Source of the DNA: Eledone cirrhosa | Taxonomy: Eukaryota | Direction of reading: 5' to 3' | Assembly: GCA_964016885.1 (NCBI GenBank) | Contig: OZ024743.1 | Span: 224,812,001 to 224,876,000 of the forward strand | Length of the DNA: 64,000 nt | Shown: piece by piece, positions 1-13,043 of the stretch | How the letters are laid out: each line of letters starts with the position of its first letter | Position numbering within the stretch: the first letter of the stretch is position 1 | Made by a program: the position numbers and the translations under genes | Notes under the pieces: generated by a model | The model's database searches: none | The model's input: only the letters and a program-made list of their open reading frames with translations | What the model was told of the DNA's origin: nothing

Positions 1-996
1 CAGCAGCAGAAGACATGGCTGTAGCAGCAGCAGCAGCAATTGCAGTTGCTTCAGCATAAGGAGCTCATGTATTGATATTTTGGGGACAGAGAAATATTAA
101 TTTCAGAGATAGACATACACACATATATATAGAGAATGATATATATATATATACATATATAAATAAATATATATATATATACATCATTCCCTACATATGT
201 GTGTGTGTTTGTGTATATATATATATATATAATTTTGTATGTGAATGTATATGTGTGTAAGTATGCTTGTGTGTGTGGTGTATATATATATGTGCATGTC
301 CGTGCATGTGTGTTTGTGTGTATATATATATATGTATGTATGTGTGTTGCTACTGCTGCTGTCATTGTGGTTGTTGATGTTATTGTTATTACAGTTGTTG
401 TTATTGCCACTATAGACTGACATAAATACCAAACAGTACTTAATCCCACAACACCTTGCCAAATGGCTCCATATCCTGTTTTGAACTCTATCTGACAACA
501 CTGGATTGTGGGTGCCTGGCTCACCCTTCTGGTCCTAACACACCCATACTCACACACACACATGTATATATATATATATAAACACCTCCAATTGGATACA
601 AAAGCATAAATACACATACACAAAAATATATATACATACACACCAGAGTAGGCCTGCTTATGCACTCATACACTTACATATGCACACATCCACGCAAATT
701 ATTACTGCTGATATTTGTATATACTAAACATTTCACCGATCACTACAAACAGTGCATTTTTTTTTGTTGAATCACTAGGCTGACAAGTAGATCAATACTG
801 GAGTTGGGTTCATAATTTCTAAGGGTGACCTTGAGCCAATCCTCAGTGAAACACACCTAACATGCTGATACACAATAAAAACCTAAATAAATGGAAACGA
901 AATATCATTGCTTTTCTTTATCATCATCATTTTACGTCCGATGATGATGATGATGATGATGATGATAAAGATAAACAATGATATTTTGTTTACATG

Positions 997-1034
<38 letters not shown>

Positions 1035-1921
1035 CAGGGTGCGGGCGATATTTGTTCGCAATTTTCAACTGCTAATTTTATGCAAATTTTTTTTACTTCC
1101 GTTCTCTTCTAGTCATAAAAACAGTGACTATATTTCCATTATTTATTTTCAGAATAATTGATTATGAATAATTTTGAACCTCCAAATTTGTGAAAGAGAC
1201 AAGGAGTTCTTCTTGGAATCCGCGCCGAGAGGACAAATAAGACCAGAAGATCAACTCCCAGAACAGCAGGTGGCTCGCTGTCTCATCCAAAGACGTGCCC
1301 AGAGTCATGCAGACAAAGTTTCCAGTGACAACATTGGTCTTAGGTGTCGTCATCAGTCAAGGTGACGTCATGCCACCTCACTTCTTCCCTGAGGGCCTCA
1401 AGCTGAACACCGATGGCTACATCCGCGTTCTCAGTGAGGCAGTAAAGCCCTGGATCGACTAGGTAGCTCCAGATAGGCCGTACGTGTGACAGCAAGACTC
1501 AGCGCCCTGCCATACCAGCCGAAAGACCCAGGCCTGGCTGTCAGAGAACTTCATTGACCACACTTCACCTGACATCTGGCCTCCCAGCTCGCCTGACTGC
1601 AACCCCCTCGACTTCTTTGTGTGGGGCGCAGTGAAACGAGACACCAACAGATCTAGCTGCAATACGAAAGATGATCTGAAGGCCAGGATCACAAGTGCCT
1701 TTAGGGGCCTAAGTCGGAGGACAGTGACAAAAGCCTGTAGCCGGTTTCGAGACCGCCTTGAGGCCGTCATCAAGGCCAAAGGCGGATTTATCGAGTGAGA
1801 TCGAAAGAACAAGTCATGAAGACAAACTGACGCAAGTTTGATAAATATATCTTAAAAATAAAACTACTGTTTTATTTTTTCCTAGACAGTAATCTTGCGA
1901 ACAAATATCGTCCGCACCCTG
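1035..1921 (+). mobile_element. Internally deleted Tc1/mariner DNA transposon, DD37D (maT) type
   Basis: 27-bp TIRs (cagggtgcgggcgatatttgttcgcaa / ttgcgaacaaatatcgtccgcaccctg) flanked by TA. Transposase remnant QQDSAPCH...WPPSSPDCNPLDFFVWG...AKGGFIE* has 37 residues between the second and third Asp, with in-frame stops. Confidence 0.92.
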
Positions 1922-1968
1922 TATATATATATACATATATATACATATACATATATATATATACACAC

Positions 1969-1999
<31 letters not shown>

Positions 2000-2080
2000 T
2001 ATGTATATATACACATATATATATATATACACATATATATATGGAGGAGGTTATAGTTCACTTGAAGCATTGTGTAATGA

Positions 2081-2469
2081 GGTATAAGCGTTTGTATATG
2101 TATAATAAAGCCAAAACAATGCAGGTATGGACATAGAATAAAGAATGAAAATGCAAAAGAAAGTGTTGACAATTAGTCTTTTACCTTAGATTTATTTAAA
2201 TGTCCTTAATTTTCGAGATAATATCTCTTCTTCGGAGGGAAGTAAAGCGGTTAAACCAGTGTTCTAAATAGCTTGCCAAGCTATTTAGAACACTGGTTTA
2301 ACCGCTTTACTTCCCTCCGAAGAAGAGATATTATCTCGAAAATTAAGGACATTTAAATAAATCTAAGGTAAAAGACTAATTGTCAACAATATCTTTTGCA
2401 TTTGCATTCTTTATTCTATGTCCATACGTGCATTGTTTTGGCTTTATTATACATATACAAACGTTTATA

Positions 2470-2471
<2 letters not shown>
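2081..2471. repeat. Near-perfect 195-bp-arm palindrome (centre 2276) with a hammerhead-like core
   Basis: The arms are reverse complements around a 1-nt loop (gcttg-c-caagc). Core-like CCGAAGA-a-GAGATA-t-TATCTC-GAAA lies within about 2312-2349. Confidence 0.85.
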
Positions 2472-2514
<43 letters not shown>

Positions 2515-2667
2515 TATATATATATACACACATATGTATATATACACACATATGTATATATACACATATATATATATATATATACACACATATATATATA
2601 TCCCGTCCAAACCCATGCAAGCGTGGAACATGGACGTTAAACGATGATGATGATGATATACACACAC

Positions 2668-2756
<89 letters not shown>

Positions 2757-3228
2757 TATATACATATATATATATATATACATGGTGGCTGCCAACTTGT
2801 TTTCAAGTACGGCCACTACTTTATATCCATGTAGGAGAACCCCTACCGATGCGCTGAATGAGTGTGATTTTTAGTCCAGCCAGCGACTTGAAAACTCTGG
2901 TACAAACACTACACTTGTGACAATTATTGACACATAGTGTGTGCCCATGGTACCATGTGACGACAAGTGCTGAGAGATCTCCAGATATAAAGCAATGCCT
3001 GTGCCGTGAAGCTTTTATAGTGAGCAAAGGCACTGCACAAAGTCAGTCCCACTCTCTTAACTAAGATGATATTTTCCAAAAAGAAGAACAAGTCAACACC
3101 ATTGGATACCAAAGGGCAAAGGAGCTCTTAAGAGTCAATGGTCATCCAAAATCACTGGGAGAGATGACCCCTTAGCCTTTGTCAAGGCAGAATTCTAGGA
3201 GAAGGAAAACTCTGATATATACATACAC

Positions 3229-3260
<32 letters not shown>

Positions 3261-3479
3261 ATATACATATATATTTATATATACATATATATATATATAC
3301 TCTTATTTAAACCTTAACCTTCTCGCTAACTACCCAATATCCCTCCCAGCCGCCCCCACGCACCACCATTATTACGTGGGCCAATCATAAGTCAGCTGCT
3401 TATGCTATCGCTTACCTGGTTGCCTTTCGATATGATGGATGGACTACGGAATTCTGGAGAGTTTGAAAAGAAAAAATCT

Positions 3480-6400
3480 GGACACTCAGTGACAATGCCA
3501 AAGATAAAGACAAATTGACCTCATGGACGAGAATGCAAGGACTCCTCCTCTTTGTTTCAGCCGCGGATGGCTAACATAACCCCATCTCCCCCACCCACCC
3601 TGCGCCCCACCGTTCCCACCCTCCAAACGCAATCCAAAACTTCAGAGTTGGTACCATGAATGGTACTAACGAGGTTGTAGGAATGCTTGAACGTAAGGAG
3701 GTCGATGTTTGTTGTATTCAAGAGACCAGGTGGAGGGGTGGGTCTGCTAGATTCATCGTGGGAAAAGAACGATGCTATAAGCTTTTCTGGGTGGGAAATG
3801 ACAATGGGCTGGGTGGAGTAGGAATCATGGTAGCAGAAAAGTGGGCAGATAAGATAATAGACGTAAATAGAGTGAGCGACAGAATAATTAAAATAAGACT
3901 TGTCCTCAATAGAACTACTGTGACAGTAATATCTGCGTACGCACCCCAATCCGGACTGCCCGGCACTATAAAAGACAGATTCTATGAGACACTGATGCTC
4001 TCTACCTCCCAAATAACCGACAGTTACTATATAATTATTGCTGGCGACCTAAATGGTCACGTTGGACAACATTGCGACGGCTATGACGGAATCCATAGAG
4101 GCTATGGGTTTGGTACTAGAAATGAGGAAGGCTCCAGAACCTGTAATTCTGTGACGCAAATAACCTAACTATCTGTAACACTAACTTCAAAAAACGAGAC
4201 AATCACTTGATCACCTATAGATCGGGGGAACACACAAGCCAGGTAGATTATATCCTTACCAGGAGACGTGACAGAGTGTCTGTTGTAAACACTAAATCCC
4301 TCTCCCATGAAGAATGCACGTCTCAACATAGACTCATAATTAGCGACCTCATAGTCAGGACGAGACGTATTCGACAACAGAAGAGGACTATCCTCAGGAG
4401 AAAAATATGGAAATTAAAGGACCCCACAGCTAGTAATAAATTTAAAAGCATATTACTTGATGCTTTTGATAGTAAGGAAGAGCAATTAGAGTCGTACAAT
4501 ATACAGGAACAGTGGGAATTCCTGAAAGCTAACCTGCTGAAGGCGACAGATGAAACCTGTGGCTGGAGTAGGCCTATGGGCAGGAAGAGAGTAACTTGGT
4601 GGTGGAACAGTAAGGTGGAGGGGTCAATCAAGGCCAAAAAGCAGGCTTGGAAAGCATGGCGGGATGGGGGAAGTAGAGAAGACTATCAAGTGGCCAGGAG
4701 GGAAGCTAGGAGACAAGTGTACTTCGCAAGAAGGGAAGCAGAGGAAAGAAAGTTCAAGCATGTTCTACAACGCGCGGACCAAAAACGTGAGGTGTTCAGG
4801 ATTGCTAGGCAATGTGTCAAGGAAAACAGTGATATTGTCGGGGAGAAGTGTGTCCTTAATGATGATGGTGTATTTGCCATCACTGAGGCTGATAAGAAGG
4901 TAGCTTGGAAGTGTCACTACGAAAGGCTACTAAATGAGGAGAATAATTGGGAGAAAGACAGTCTCCCCCACATCGACCCAATAGAGGGACCAGCAGTGCA
5001 AGTTGAAGGTAGTATAATAAGTAAGGCGATCAAAGACATGAAGACGGGCAAGGCGGCCTTCGGAAATAGTTGCCGAAATGCTGAAAGCATCTGGAACGGT
5101 GGGACACACTATGGTCACCCGGATAGTAAACCAAGTCATTCAGAATGGGGTCGTTCCGAAGGACTGGTGCAGCAGCATCATCATTAACTGCTACAAGGGT
5201 AAAGGTCATGCCCTAGATATGGGAAACTATAGAGGCATTAAATTAATTGACCAGGTCATGAAGGTCACAGAAAAAGTAATAACGCAACTAATCGGAGAGC
5301 GAATTGATCTAGACGAAATGCAGTTTGGGTTTGTGTCAGGTAAAAGTACAACAGACGCTCTTTTCATTGTACGACAACTACAGGAGAAGTACCTAGCTAA
5401 AAGTAAACCCGTATACTTAGCTTTTGTTGACTTGGAGAAAGCCTTTGACAGAATACCGTGCTCGATTATCTGGTGGGCCCTTAAAAAACTAGGTGTTGAT
5501 GAATGGCTTTGGAGAGCTATACAAGCCATGTATAAAGAAACAGTCAGCAAGGTTAGAATTAACAACGAATATAGTGAAGAATTTAGTGTAAAAGTTGGTG
5601 TTCATCAGGGCTCCGTCCTTAGCCCCCTACTATTTATTATTGCCCTTCAGGCTATAACAGAGGAGTTCAAGACCGGCTGCCCATGGGAACTCCTATATGC
5701 AGATGATCTAACGCTCATAGCTGAATCAATGGCTGAACTAGAGAAGAAATTCCAAACATGGAAGCATGGCCTAGAATCAAAAGGCCTTAAAGTTAACTTG
5801 TCTAAGACTAAAGTTCTAGTTTGTAGGAAGGAAAATAGGGCACCGGTCCCATCTGGGAAATGGCCATGCTCAGTGTGTAGGAAAGGAGTAGGCAGAAACT
5901 CCATTTTATGTCCCAAATGCAAAGTATGGGTACATAAAAGATGTAGTGGGATCACAGGTAAGCTAACTAAGAATATAGATTTTATATGTGGCCGGTGCTC
6001 TGGTGCAATAAGTAGCAGCAAGTGCCCACAGAATAATAGCTCATTCCATTGCACAGATGGTTCTATAGAAATAGTGGAGAGCTTCCATTACCTGGGTGAT
6101 AAAATCAGCAGTGAGGGAGGGTGCTCTGAAAGTACAGTAGCTAGACTCAGAACGGGATGGAAAAAGTTCAGAGAGCTTATACCACTATTGGCCGCTAAAG
6201 GGTTCTCCCTAAAAATGAAAGGCAGGCTGTATGATGCCTGCATACGAACAGCAATGTTACATGGCAGTGAGACCTGGGCATTGTGTGCAGAGGATATACG
6301 CAGACTAGAGAGGAACGAAGCTTACATGCTCCGCTGGATGTGTAATAGTAATATACGTGAACGGCAAAGCATAAACGAAGGGAGAAATTAGAAATAAGAG

Positions 6401-7013
6401 GGATCAGATGTTGTTTACTCGAGAAGACTACGTTGGTATGGTCACGTGATGCATATGAAAGATGACAGCTGTATAAAAAAGTGCAGGGCAATAAAAATAG
6501 ACGGTAGCCACGGAGTAGGCAAACCCAGAAATACCTGGGACGACTTGATAAATTCTGACCTCACACACTTACACTTCTCCAAGACAATGTCACTGGACCG
6601 AGATCTTTGGTGCTACACAGTAATAGAGAAGACCCGCCTTACCTAAGTGCAAAGTGAAACCTACTACTGTCAGTAGGCACCTCTAACAAAATACACCCCC
6701 GTCCCACTACCCCCACCTTTCAATATAAAGTTATGTTGGTACCACAACATCCAGCCCGAAACAAATGAGGTCGTGTAGGGGTCACGACAAAAAAACACAG
6801 TCCACGCTGTAATGTGGCCGTGTAGATAACACGGTAAAAACCTCCCAGTTCCACACTGTAAATGTGGTTGGTGTTAGGAAGGGCATCCAGCCGTAGAAAA
6901 CCCGCCAGACAGTCCTATGCGAGCAAGACAACCACTCTTGCCTCGAGTGGGGTAATTCTCGTCTAAACCCATGCTAGCGTGGAAGATAGACGTTAAACAA
7001 TGATGATGATGAT
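3480..7013 (+). mobile_element. Near-full-length RTE-clade LINE, frameshifted (APE endonuclease + RT + PHD-like finger)
   Basis: ORF pieces 3656-4168 (CIQETRW, SAYAPQ, GDLNGHVG), 4207-5187 (QVDYIL, SQHRL) and 5078-6391 (FVDLEKAFD, GVHQGSVLSP, LYADD). The 3' UTR ends in (GAT)n. Confidence 0.95.
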
Positions 7014-7439
7014 ATATATATGCATGAAGATGGGTGTGTTTATGTAACAATAAATCAATAAATGTTTGACTCTATAGATTGTTGGTTGTGTGCATAAGTA
7101 GCTGTATGCATAGGTAGTATGAAATGTATATATATATACACACACATACATACAAACATATATATATATGTTTGTATGTATGTGTGTTTGTGGTGTGCAT
7201 GTGGTATATATACATATAAAGAGAGAGAGGAGAGAGAGAGAGAAATGATAGGTATATACAGTTTGGAGAGAAGTTGAAAAAAGAAAGTTTGCCAATGTCT
7301 TGAGTCATGAGGATCAGAGATGTGAAGTGATCCACATTGCAAGGCACTGTGTTAGTGTAAATCGAGATGTTGTTGGGTAAAAATGTGTTAGAAATGACAC
7401 TGGTGCTAAGTGCACCAGTGATGCCCAAAAGAAAGCGGC

Positions 7440-8225
7440 CTAGAAATATTACTATGAAAGACTGATGAATGCCGAGAATGAATGAGAGGAAGAGAGACTA
7501 CCCACAACTTACCCAACAGAAGGACCAACTATAGAAGTTGATAGTTATAGGGTCAGAGAAGCAATCAAAGAGATGAAGAATGGTAAAGTGGTGGGACTGT
7601 CAGAAATAGTTGCTGAGATGCTAAAAGCTTCGGGAGAAGTAGGAGTTGAACTAGTAATCTGCATAGTCAATCAGGTAATACAAGAAGGCGTCATACCCAT
7701 TGACTAGTGCAGCAGTACAGTCATAAATTACTACAAGGGCAAAGGTGATGCACTAGAAAGGAGCAACTACAAAGGAACAAAACTAATGGACCAAGTTATG
7801 AAAGTGACAAAAAGAGTTATAGCAAAACTAATTAGGGAAAGAGCCAAATTAGACAAAAAGCAGTTTGGCCTCATGCCTGGGAAAAGTAGTACATATGCCC
7901 TCTTCTTAGTGAGACAACTACGAGAGATGTTCCTAACCAAGAATAAGGCACTGCATTTAGCTTTTGTTGATCTAGAAAAGGTCTTTGACAGAGTACCTCG
8001 ATCTATTATTTGGTGGTCCTTAAGGAAATTAGGTGTAGAAGAATGGAGTGTGAGGGCAGTGCAAGCTATATACAGAGATGTCAGTAAATTGAGAGTAGGA
8101 AATGAGTTTAGTGAGGAATTCAAGATACAGGTAGGAGTTCATCAAGGTTCAATTCTTAGCTCACTGTTGTTTATCATAGTTCTCCAGGCCATAACAGAGG
8201 AGTTTAAAACTGACTATCCATGGTT
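7440..8225 (+). mobile_element. RTE LINE RT fragment
   Basis: DQVMKV..., AFVDLEKVFDRVPR and GVHQGS motifs, with stops upstream. Confidence 0.9.
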
Positions 8226-8699
8226 GCTGCAGGTGGAAAAGAGAGGTAGCATGATAGGAATAGCGCTGGTGGTGGGTGCAGGGGAAGAGGTGCAATTCTA
8301 TGTAGCAGTGGTGGTTGTGTAGTGAATGAGAGGGTGAGTGTCAGAGAAACAGGATGGTCAGATAGATCCTATACCATCTCTGGTTACATTGGCAATTTAG
8401 AAGAGAAGGCGTGTGTGAAATGACAGAGACATGAGAGGACACCACGAAGTAGAGCGGGTCAGCAGACAAAGAGTTAGGACAGGCATAATGACTATAGATA
8501 TATTATGATTCTCAGCTTTCATTACTACCACCATATTAATGTTAAATTCATCATCTTATATAGGGAGGCAGATCTTCTGCACTCAGATTTACCAATCATC
8601 ATGATCTTTTTGTCATTTTTTTTGTAGTGCTCACCTTTTTGAGATCAGTGTCCTCCACTTCATCACATTTTTTCTTTCACAGGTTCTATCCACATTGAG

Positions 8700-9245
8700 T
8701 ACCCCACACTTCTTTAAACATCTGTCATCCTCCATACATATCACATCTCTGTACCAAAACACAATATGTATTCTTACACACTGCATCTGATTTCTCTTGT
8801 ACCCAGTTTTTGTTTCAACATATTTGTATTTGGTTATTCATGTACACTAATATTATATATCCAACAGAGTAGGACCACTTCCTTTCTTACTAGTATTCAC
8901 AAATCCTCTGTATTCAAAGCACATGCCTTTCTACTATGTAGCATTGCAATTTGTACATAAACATCACAACATCTGCCCCTCATTTTGAGATAAAGACCCA
9001 TGAATATTGCTATGGCAATTGAATGACACCAGCATGTGGAATTTCTGTGGATACAGTGTGGAAGAAAGCTACAGTAGAGGAAGACCAAGGAAGACCTGGG
9101 CACAAGTGGGGAGAGCTGATCTCAAAATGTTGAATTTTACAGGAAAGATGACAATGGAACATACTGAGTAAGGCAGTTTTTGCTGGAGAAGATCAGTCCA
9201 ACCCATGTAAGCATGGCAAAGCAGATATAAAATGTTGATGATGCT
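8700..9245. mobile_element. Old RTE LINE 3' fragment with a 5' inversion
   Basis: 8700-9040 is minus-strand (GLYLKMRGR...AMLHS...WY..VICMEDDRCLKK). 9045-9245 is plus-strand and continues the reading (VEES..RGRPRKTW) to the 3' tail. Confidence 0.7.
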
Positions 9246-11507
9246 GACAATAGCGCAACATGACATTTTCAAATGGTGTTTCACTCCTGGTTTATAAATA
9301 TATACTAAATGTATACAGGAAATATTATACGTCATTCAAAGTGTGTATGAGTATGTGTAAGTGTGTATGTGTGTGTATGTGTATGTGTGTGTTCAGACAC
9401 ACAAGTGCACATGTGTACACATACACATGCACATATAACTGTTAATGCTCATTTTAGTCATCAGCACCTAAGAAACAGGTTTTCTGTAAATTCAATATTA
9501 AATTCTCTATTTTCACCTATACCATTCTAATTAAAACAAAAAACAAACAAAAAACAGGACATTATAATGATTTTCTTAGTGATGATAATTAGGATAATGA
9601 TGATAACGACTACAATGGTGTAATGGTGTAATAGCAATTACACCTGTTTTGAAAGGTTAACAGCTTACATTAACATTCGTCACCTTAAATTAACCTCTTA
9701 CCAACTGCTTTGTTAGCCGAAAGGTAGAGAATATAATTATGTTGCATTTGACCAAGCTGTGCAATGTATTACATGGAATTCTATAATTAATAGAATTAAA
9801 AGTGGAGGAAAAGTGTGGTGGTGTTGGATAAGTAGACAACCATAGTGAAATATAATCACACATACACATATATATACCAGACAAATACACACACACACAT
9901 ATAGTTCCTTCTCCATATATCATTAATCTTTATAAAGTATAGTATAATAGAGAAAGTGAAGACAGTAGGGTCTGAGAAGAAAGAGAAAAACATGCACAAA
10001 GAATTATTTGAAGTGAAAACGTTCTAGTTTTAATCCCACACATTTGTCCTTTAAGAGACTGTAAGGGATATTCCCAGGATGATAGATAACAAATATTGGT
10101 TGTAGTGAACAGTTAGCTACCTCATATATTGAGGTCTACTTTAAATGTCATGAAGTCATCAACAAAAAATGTGATAGAGTCCACCCCACCCCATCCTCTT
10201 TCTCCCACCTGGTTATAACTGAGCATAAGTTTGTATCTGGAAAATTCTTTTCCAAAGCACAAACACAGACAAGGGTTTGGTGGAAGATCAGCATACCAGT
10301 CTCCCCTTTCAACACAACCAATGTTGTCCAAGAGAAAGGCATAGGCGATTACAGCTTGGCATAAGTGTCTTCAGAACTCATTTTCACCAGCTGATTGAAC
10401 TGGTGCAACATAAAATAAAGTATTTTACTCTAGAACACAATGTGTTGCTGGAGAGCTCAATAATCTTATGCCAATTCTACTCACACATTCCCAAACCACT
10501 TATATCTCCTCTCATTATACATATTGTATTTCATATTGAAATTCTGCACTAACCAGTTCTTCTTCCTTAGAGCATTGGCCTGTTGAAATTTCTTCCCTGC
10601 CCATTTTTGTTCTAGTGACAGTCAACTTTTAACTATTGAAGGGGAACTTGAAATTTAACCAGGTCAATCTCAAACATCTTGGAGGGTCTTTGAAAGTCAT
10701 TGCCACAGCATCTTTCTCAAAAAATAAAAAAACAATGCAATTTACAGCCTATACCTATATAAGTTTAGCTAGCTTCCTCAAGGTTGCATTCCATAAGAAA
10801 TTTTTCAGGTGTTTTAATGATAGGGGCTCCAGTCCTATCCTGAAAAGCAACAGGAAATGAAGTGTCTTGATCAAGAGTACAATGCATCACCCAGTCCAGG
10901 AATCAAACGTACAACCTTATGATTGTGAGTCCAACACCTGATCCACTAAGTCACATTCTTTCATTCTTTCAACCAGACCAAATTATAAAAAAAATAAAAA
11001 CCCCAATAACAACATGCTGCAGGAAGTGATAGCATATGTATTGAGCTAAAAGTGTTAAATCCCTGACAACATGCAATAATAGACATTTAAATTGTGTTGA
11101 GAATGTTTAGAAGGTCCAGAATATTCTTTTATTCTTTTACTGGTTTGAATCATGAGACTACAGCCATGATGGGCACCACCTCGAAGTCAATTATATTGAC
11201 CCAGTTCTATTTTCAAGTTTGATAACTATTTTATCCATTTATTTTTGTTAAACCACTAAGTTACAGACCTCAGACACAGACACACTGATACATAGGTATG
11301 ACTGGCTTCTGTGGTTTCCATCCATGAGATTTCACTCATAAGATATTGGTCAGTAGAAGACACTTGCCCAAGGTGCTGAGCAGTGGAAGTGAACCAAAAA
11401 CTATGTGGTTGAAAAACAAACACTTTGCTTGTTGAAGAAATGTTAAATATATTTGGAATGGATAGGGGAGAGGGGAAAAAACAAAACAAAAGTGACTGCA
11501 AGCCAAC

Positions 11508-11585
11508 CTGCATGTGAAAAATCATAAGCTCATTGGCTAACTGGTTGCGACGCTGAGAAACATCCAGCCTCTGGTACATAACACA
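11508..11585 (-). CDS. PDE2: PDE2-like linker-helix exon, variant B (CVMYQRLDVSQRRNQLANELMIFHMQ); candidate mutually exclusive paralogue of variant A
   Basis: Long polypyrimidine tract plus ttacag acceptor, gttggc donor, 78 nt, phase 0/0, open frame. 13 of 26 residues identical to variant A. Confidence 0.88.
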
Positions 11586-11703
11586 CTGTAACAAAGAAAG
11601 AAACAAAAAAAAACAAAAAAACAACGATAATGAAAGAACGAGTGCAGAGCATGCAAGCAACAGCTAGTACAACAATACATCTTTTGTTGGGGGCTGGGGT
11701 TAC

Positions 11704-11781
11704 CTTCATATGATACATCATCAGTTCATTTATCAGATTGTTCCTGGCTTGAGAATCTATCACTTTGTTGTACATGAGAGA
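11704..11781 (-). CDS. PDE2: PDE2-like linker-helix exon, variant A (SLMYNKVIDSQARNNLINELMMYHMK)
   Basis: ttccag/gtaacc, 78 nt, phase 0/0. Resembles PDE2A [26 protein letters not shown]. Confidence 0.93.
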
Positions 11782-12236
11782 CTGGAAAAGATGGCAATTT
11801 TTTGCAGTTAAATACAGCTGAACGCATGTCATCTATATCACACCAAACATCTCCAACTGATGTAGTTGTTTTGTAGTTTTAGTTATCAGCATCACATCTG
11901 CCAATGCTACTGGATTTAGTATTAACATGTAAGAATATATACGTTGACAAACTTTTAGTACTTGAGAAAACATTCTATGTGACATTACTAAATATTTGGA
12001 TTGGTTGAGGTTTCTCTCTCAATCTCCACAATTAAATTAGTTGACAGATTGATAACATAGATAATAATCAATTGAAATTAATCAATTACAATAAATACAT
12101 ATTAACTTGTAATAAAGAACAATATCAATAGATCAATAATTGCTTTAGTATTTCAATAAAATAGTGTAAAGAACTTTCTTTGTGTGTACATATATATAAA
12201 TATACATATATATATATATATATATACATAAATGTA

Positions 12237-12334
12237 CAGGGTGTCTCCAAAATGTATACACACGTCAACAGCATTTTAATAAATATTGCCTTTATAGGTA
12301 ATCAAAGTGTGTATACATTTTTTTGGACACCCTG
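12237..12334. mobile_element. 98-bp Tc1/mariner MITE
   Basis: TIRs cagggtgtctccaaaatgtatacacac / gtgtgtatacattttttggacaccctg, TA on both sides. Confidence 0.85.
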
Positions 12335-12335
12335 T

Positions 12336-12384
<49 letters not shown>

Positions 12385-12818
12385 TGTATATATGTTTAAC
12401 AAAATATCTTATTTAATGGTCACCTCATTTAACAACAACTAACACTTATAACTACCACTGTTTTGTGTACAGATATTTATGTTATGTACTTTTGTGTATT
12501 ACTTTTTAAATAACATTTTAAATTACGTTTTTATCTAGCAAATACTTTTATATGTTTTGGAATTTTTTTTCTGTTTTTTTTTTCTGTTTGTAAGAGTTTT
12601 GTAAAATAAAACAAATTTTCAGTTACTAAAATAGTGTTTCTATTAGATCTTTATGAGTGTCTTTTGTCAGATAATTAATTTTATATAAAACTGATACATG
12701 ATAACTTTTCATACTCTCATGGACTTTATTACCATTGGGTGAATATTAAAACAATATCTAAAGATATTTTATGACCAAGTTAGTGTAACAGAACCTGACT
12801 GACAAGTGAAGAGTCCAT

Positions 12819-13043
12819 TTAACTCTTTAGCATTTACATTACTCTATATATACTATCGTATGTTTGTGCTAAAGGCTTTGTCTTACATAATATCTCACAT
12901 CATATCGAATCTGAGCTCTTGATGTTATCTATTTTGAGAGCAATACCTTAACATCAGCATAAGTGGCTGGTTATGGCTGGTTTGAACATAAAAAGGTGAG
13001 ATAATTTGGCTGGGTACAGCCAGTTTAAATGCTGAAGGGTTAA
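12819..13043. mobile_element. piggyBac-type MITE (family also at about 21545-21753, 29858-30066, 51113-51210)
   Basis: Ends ttaa-ctctttagcattta ... taaatgctgaaggg-ttaa; the body is shared with the other copies. Confidence 0.8.

Noticed and set aside
51-2874. Many ORFs rich in Y/I/C/V/H/T
   Set aside because: They are translations of (TA)n and (CA)n microsatellites.
9702-9757. Minus-strand segment with cacag/gtaaga boundaries
   Set aside because: No similarity to the expected next PDE2 exon. The catalytic exons appear to lie beyond the window start.
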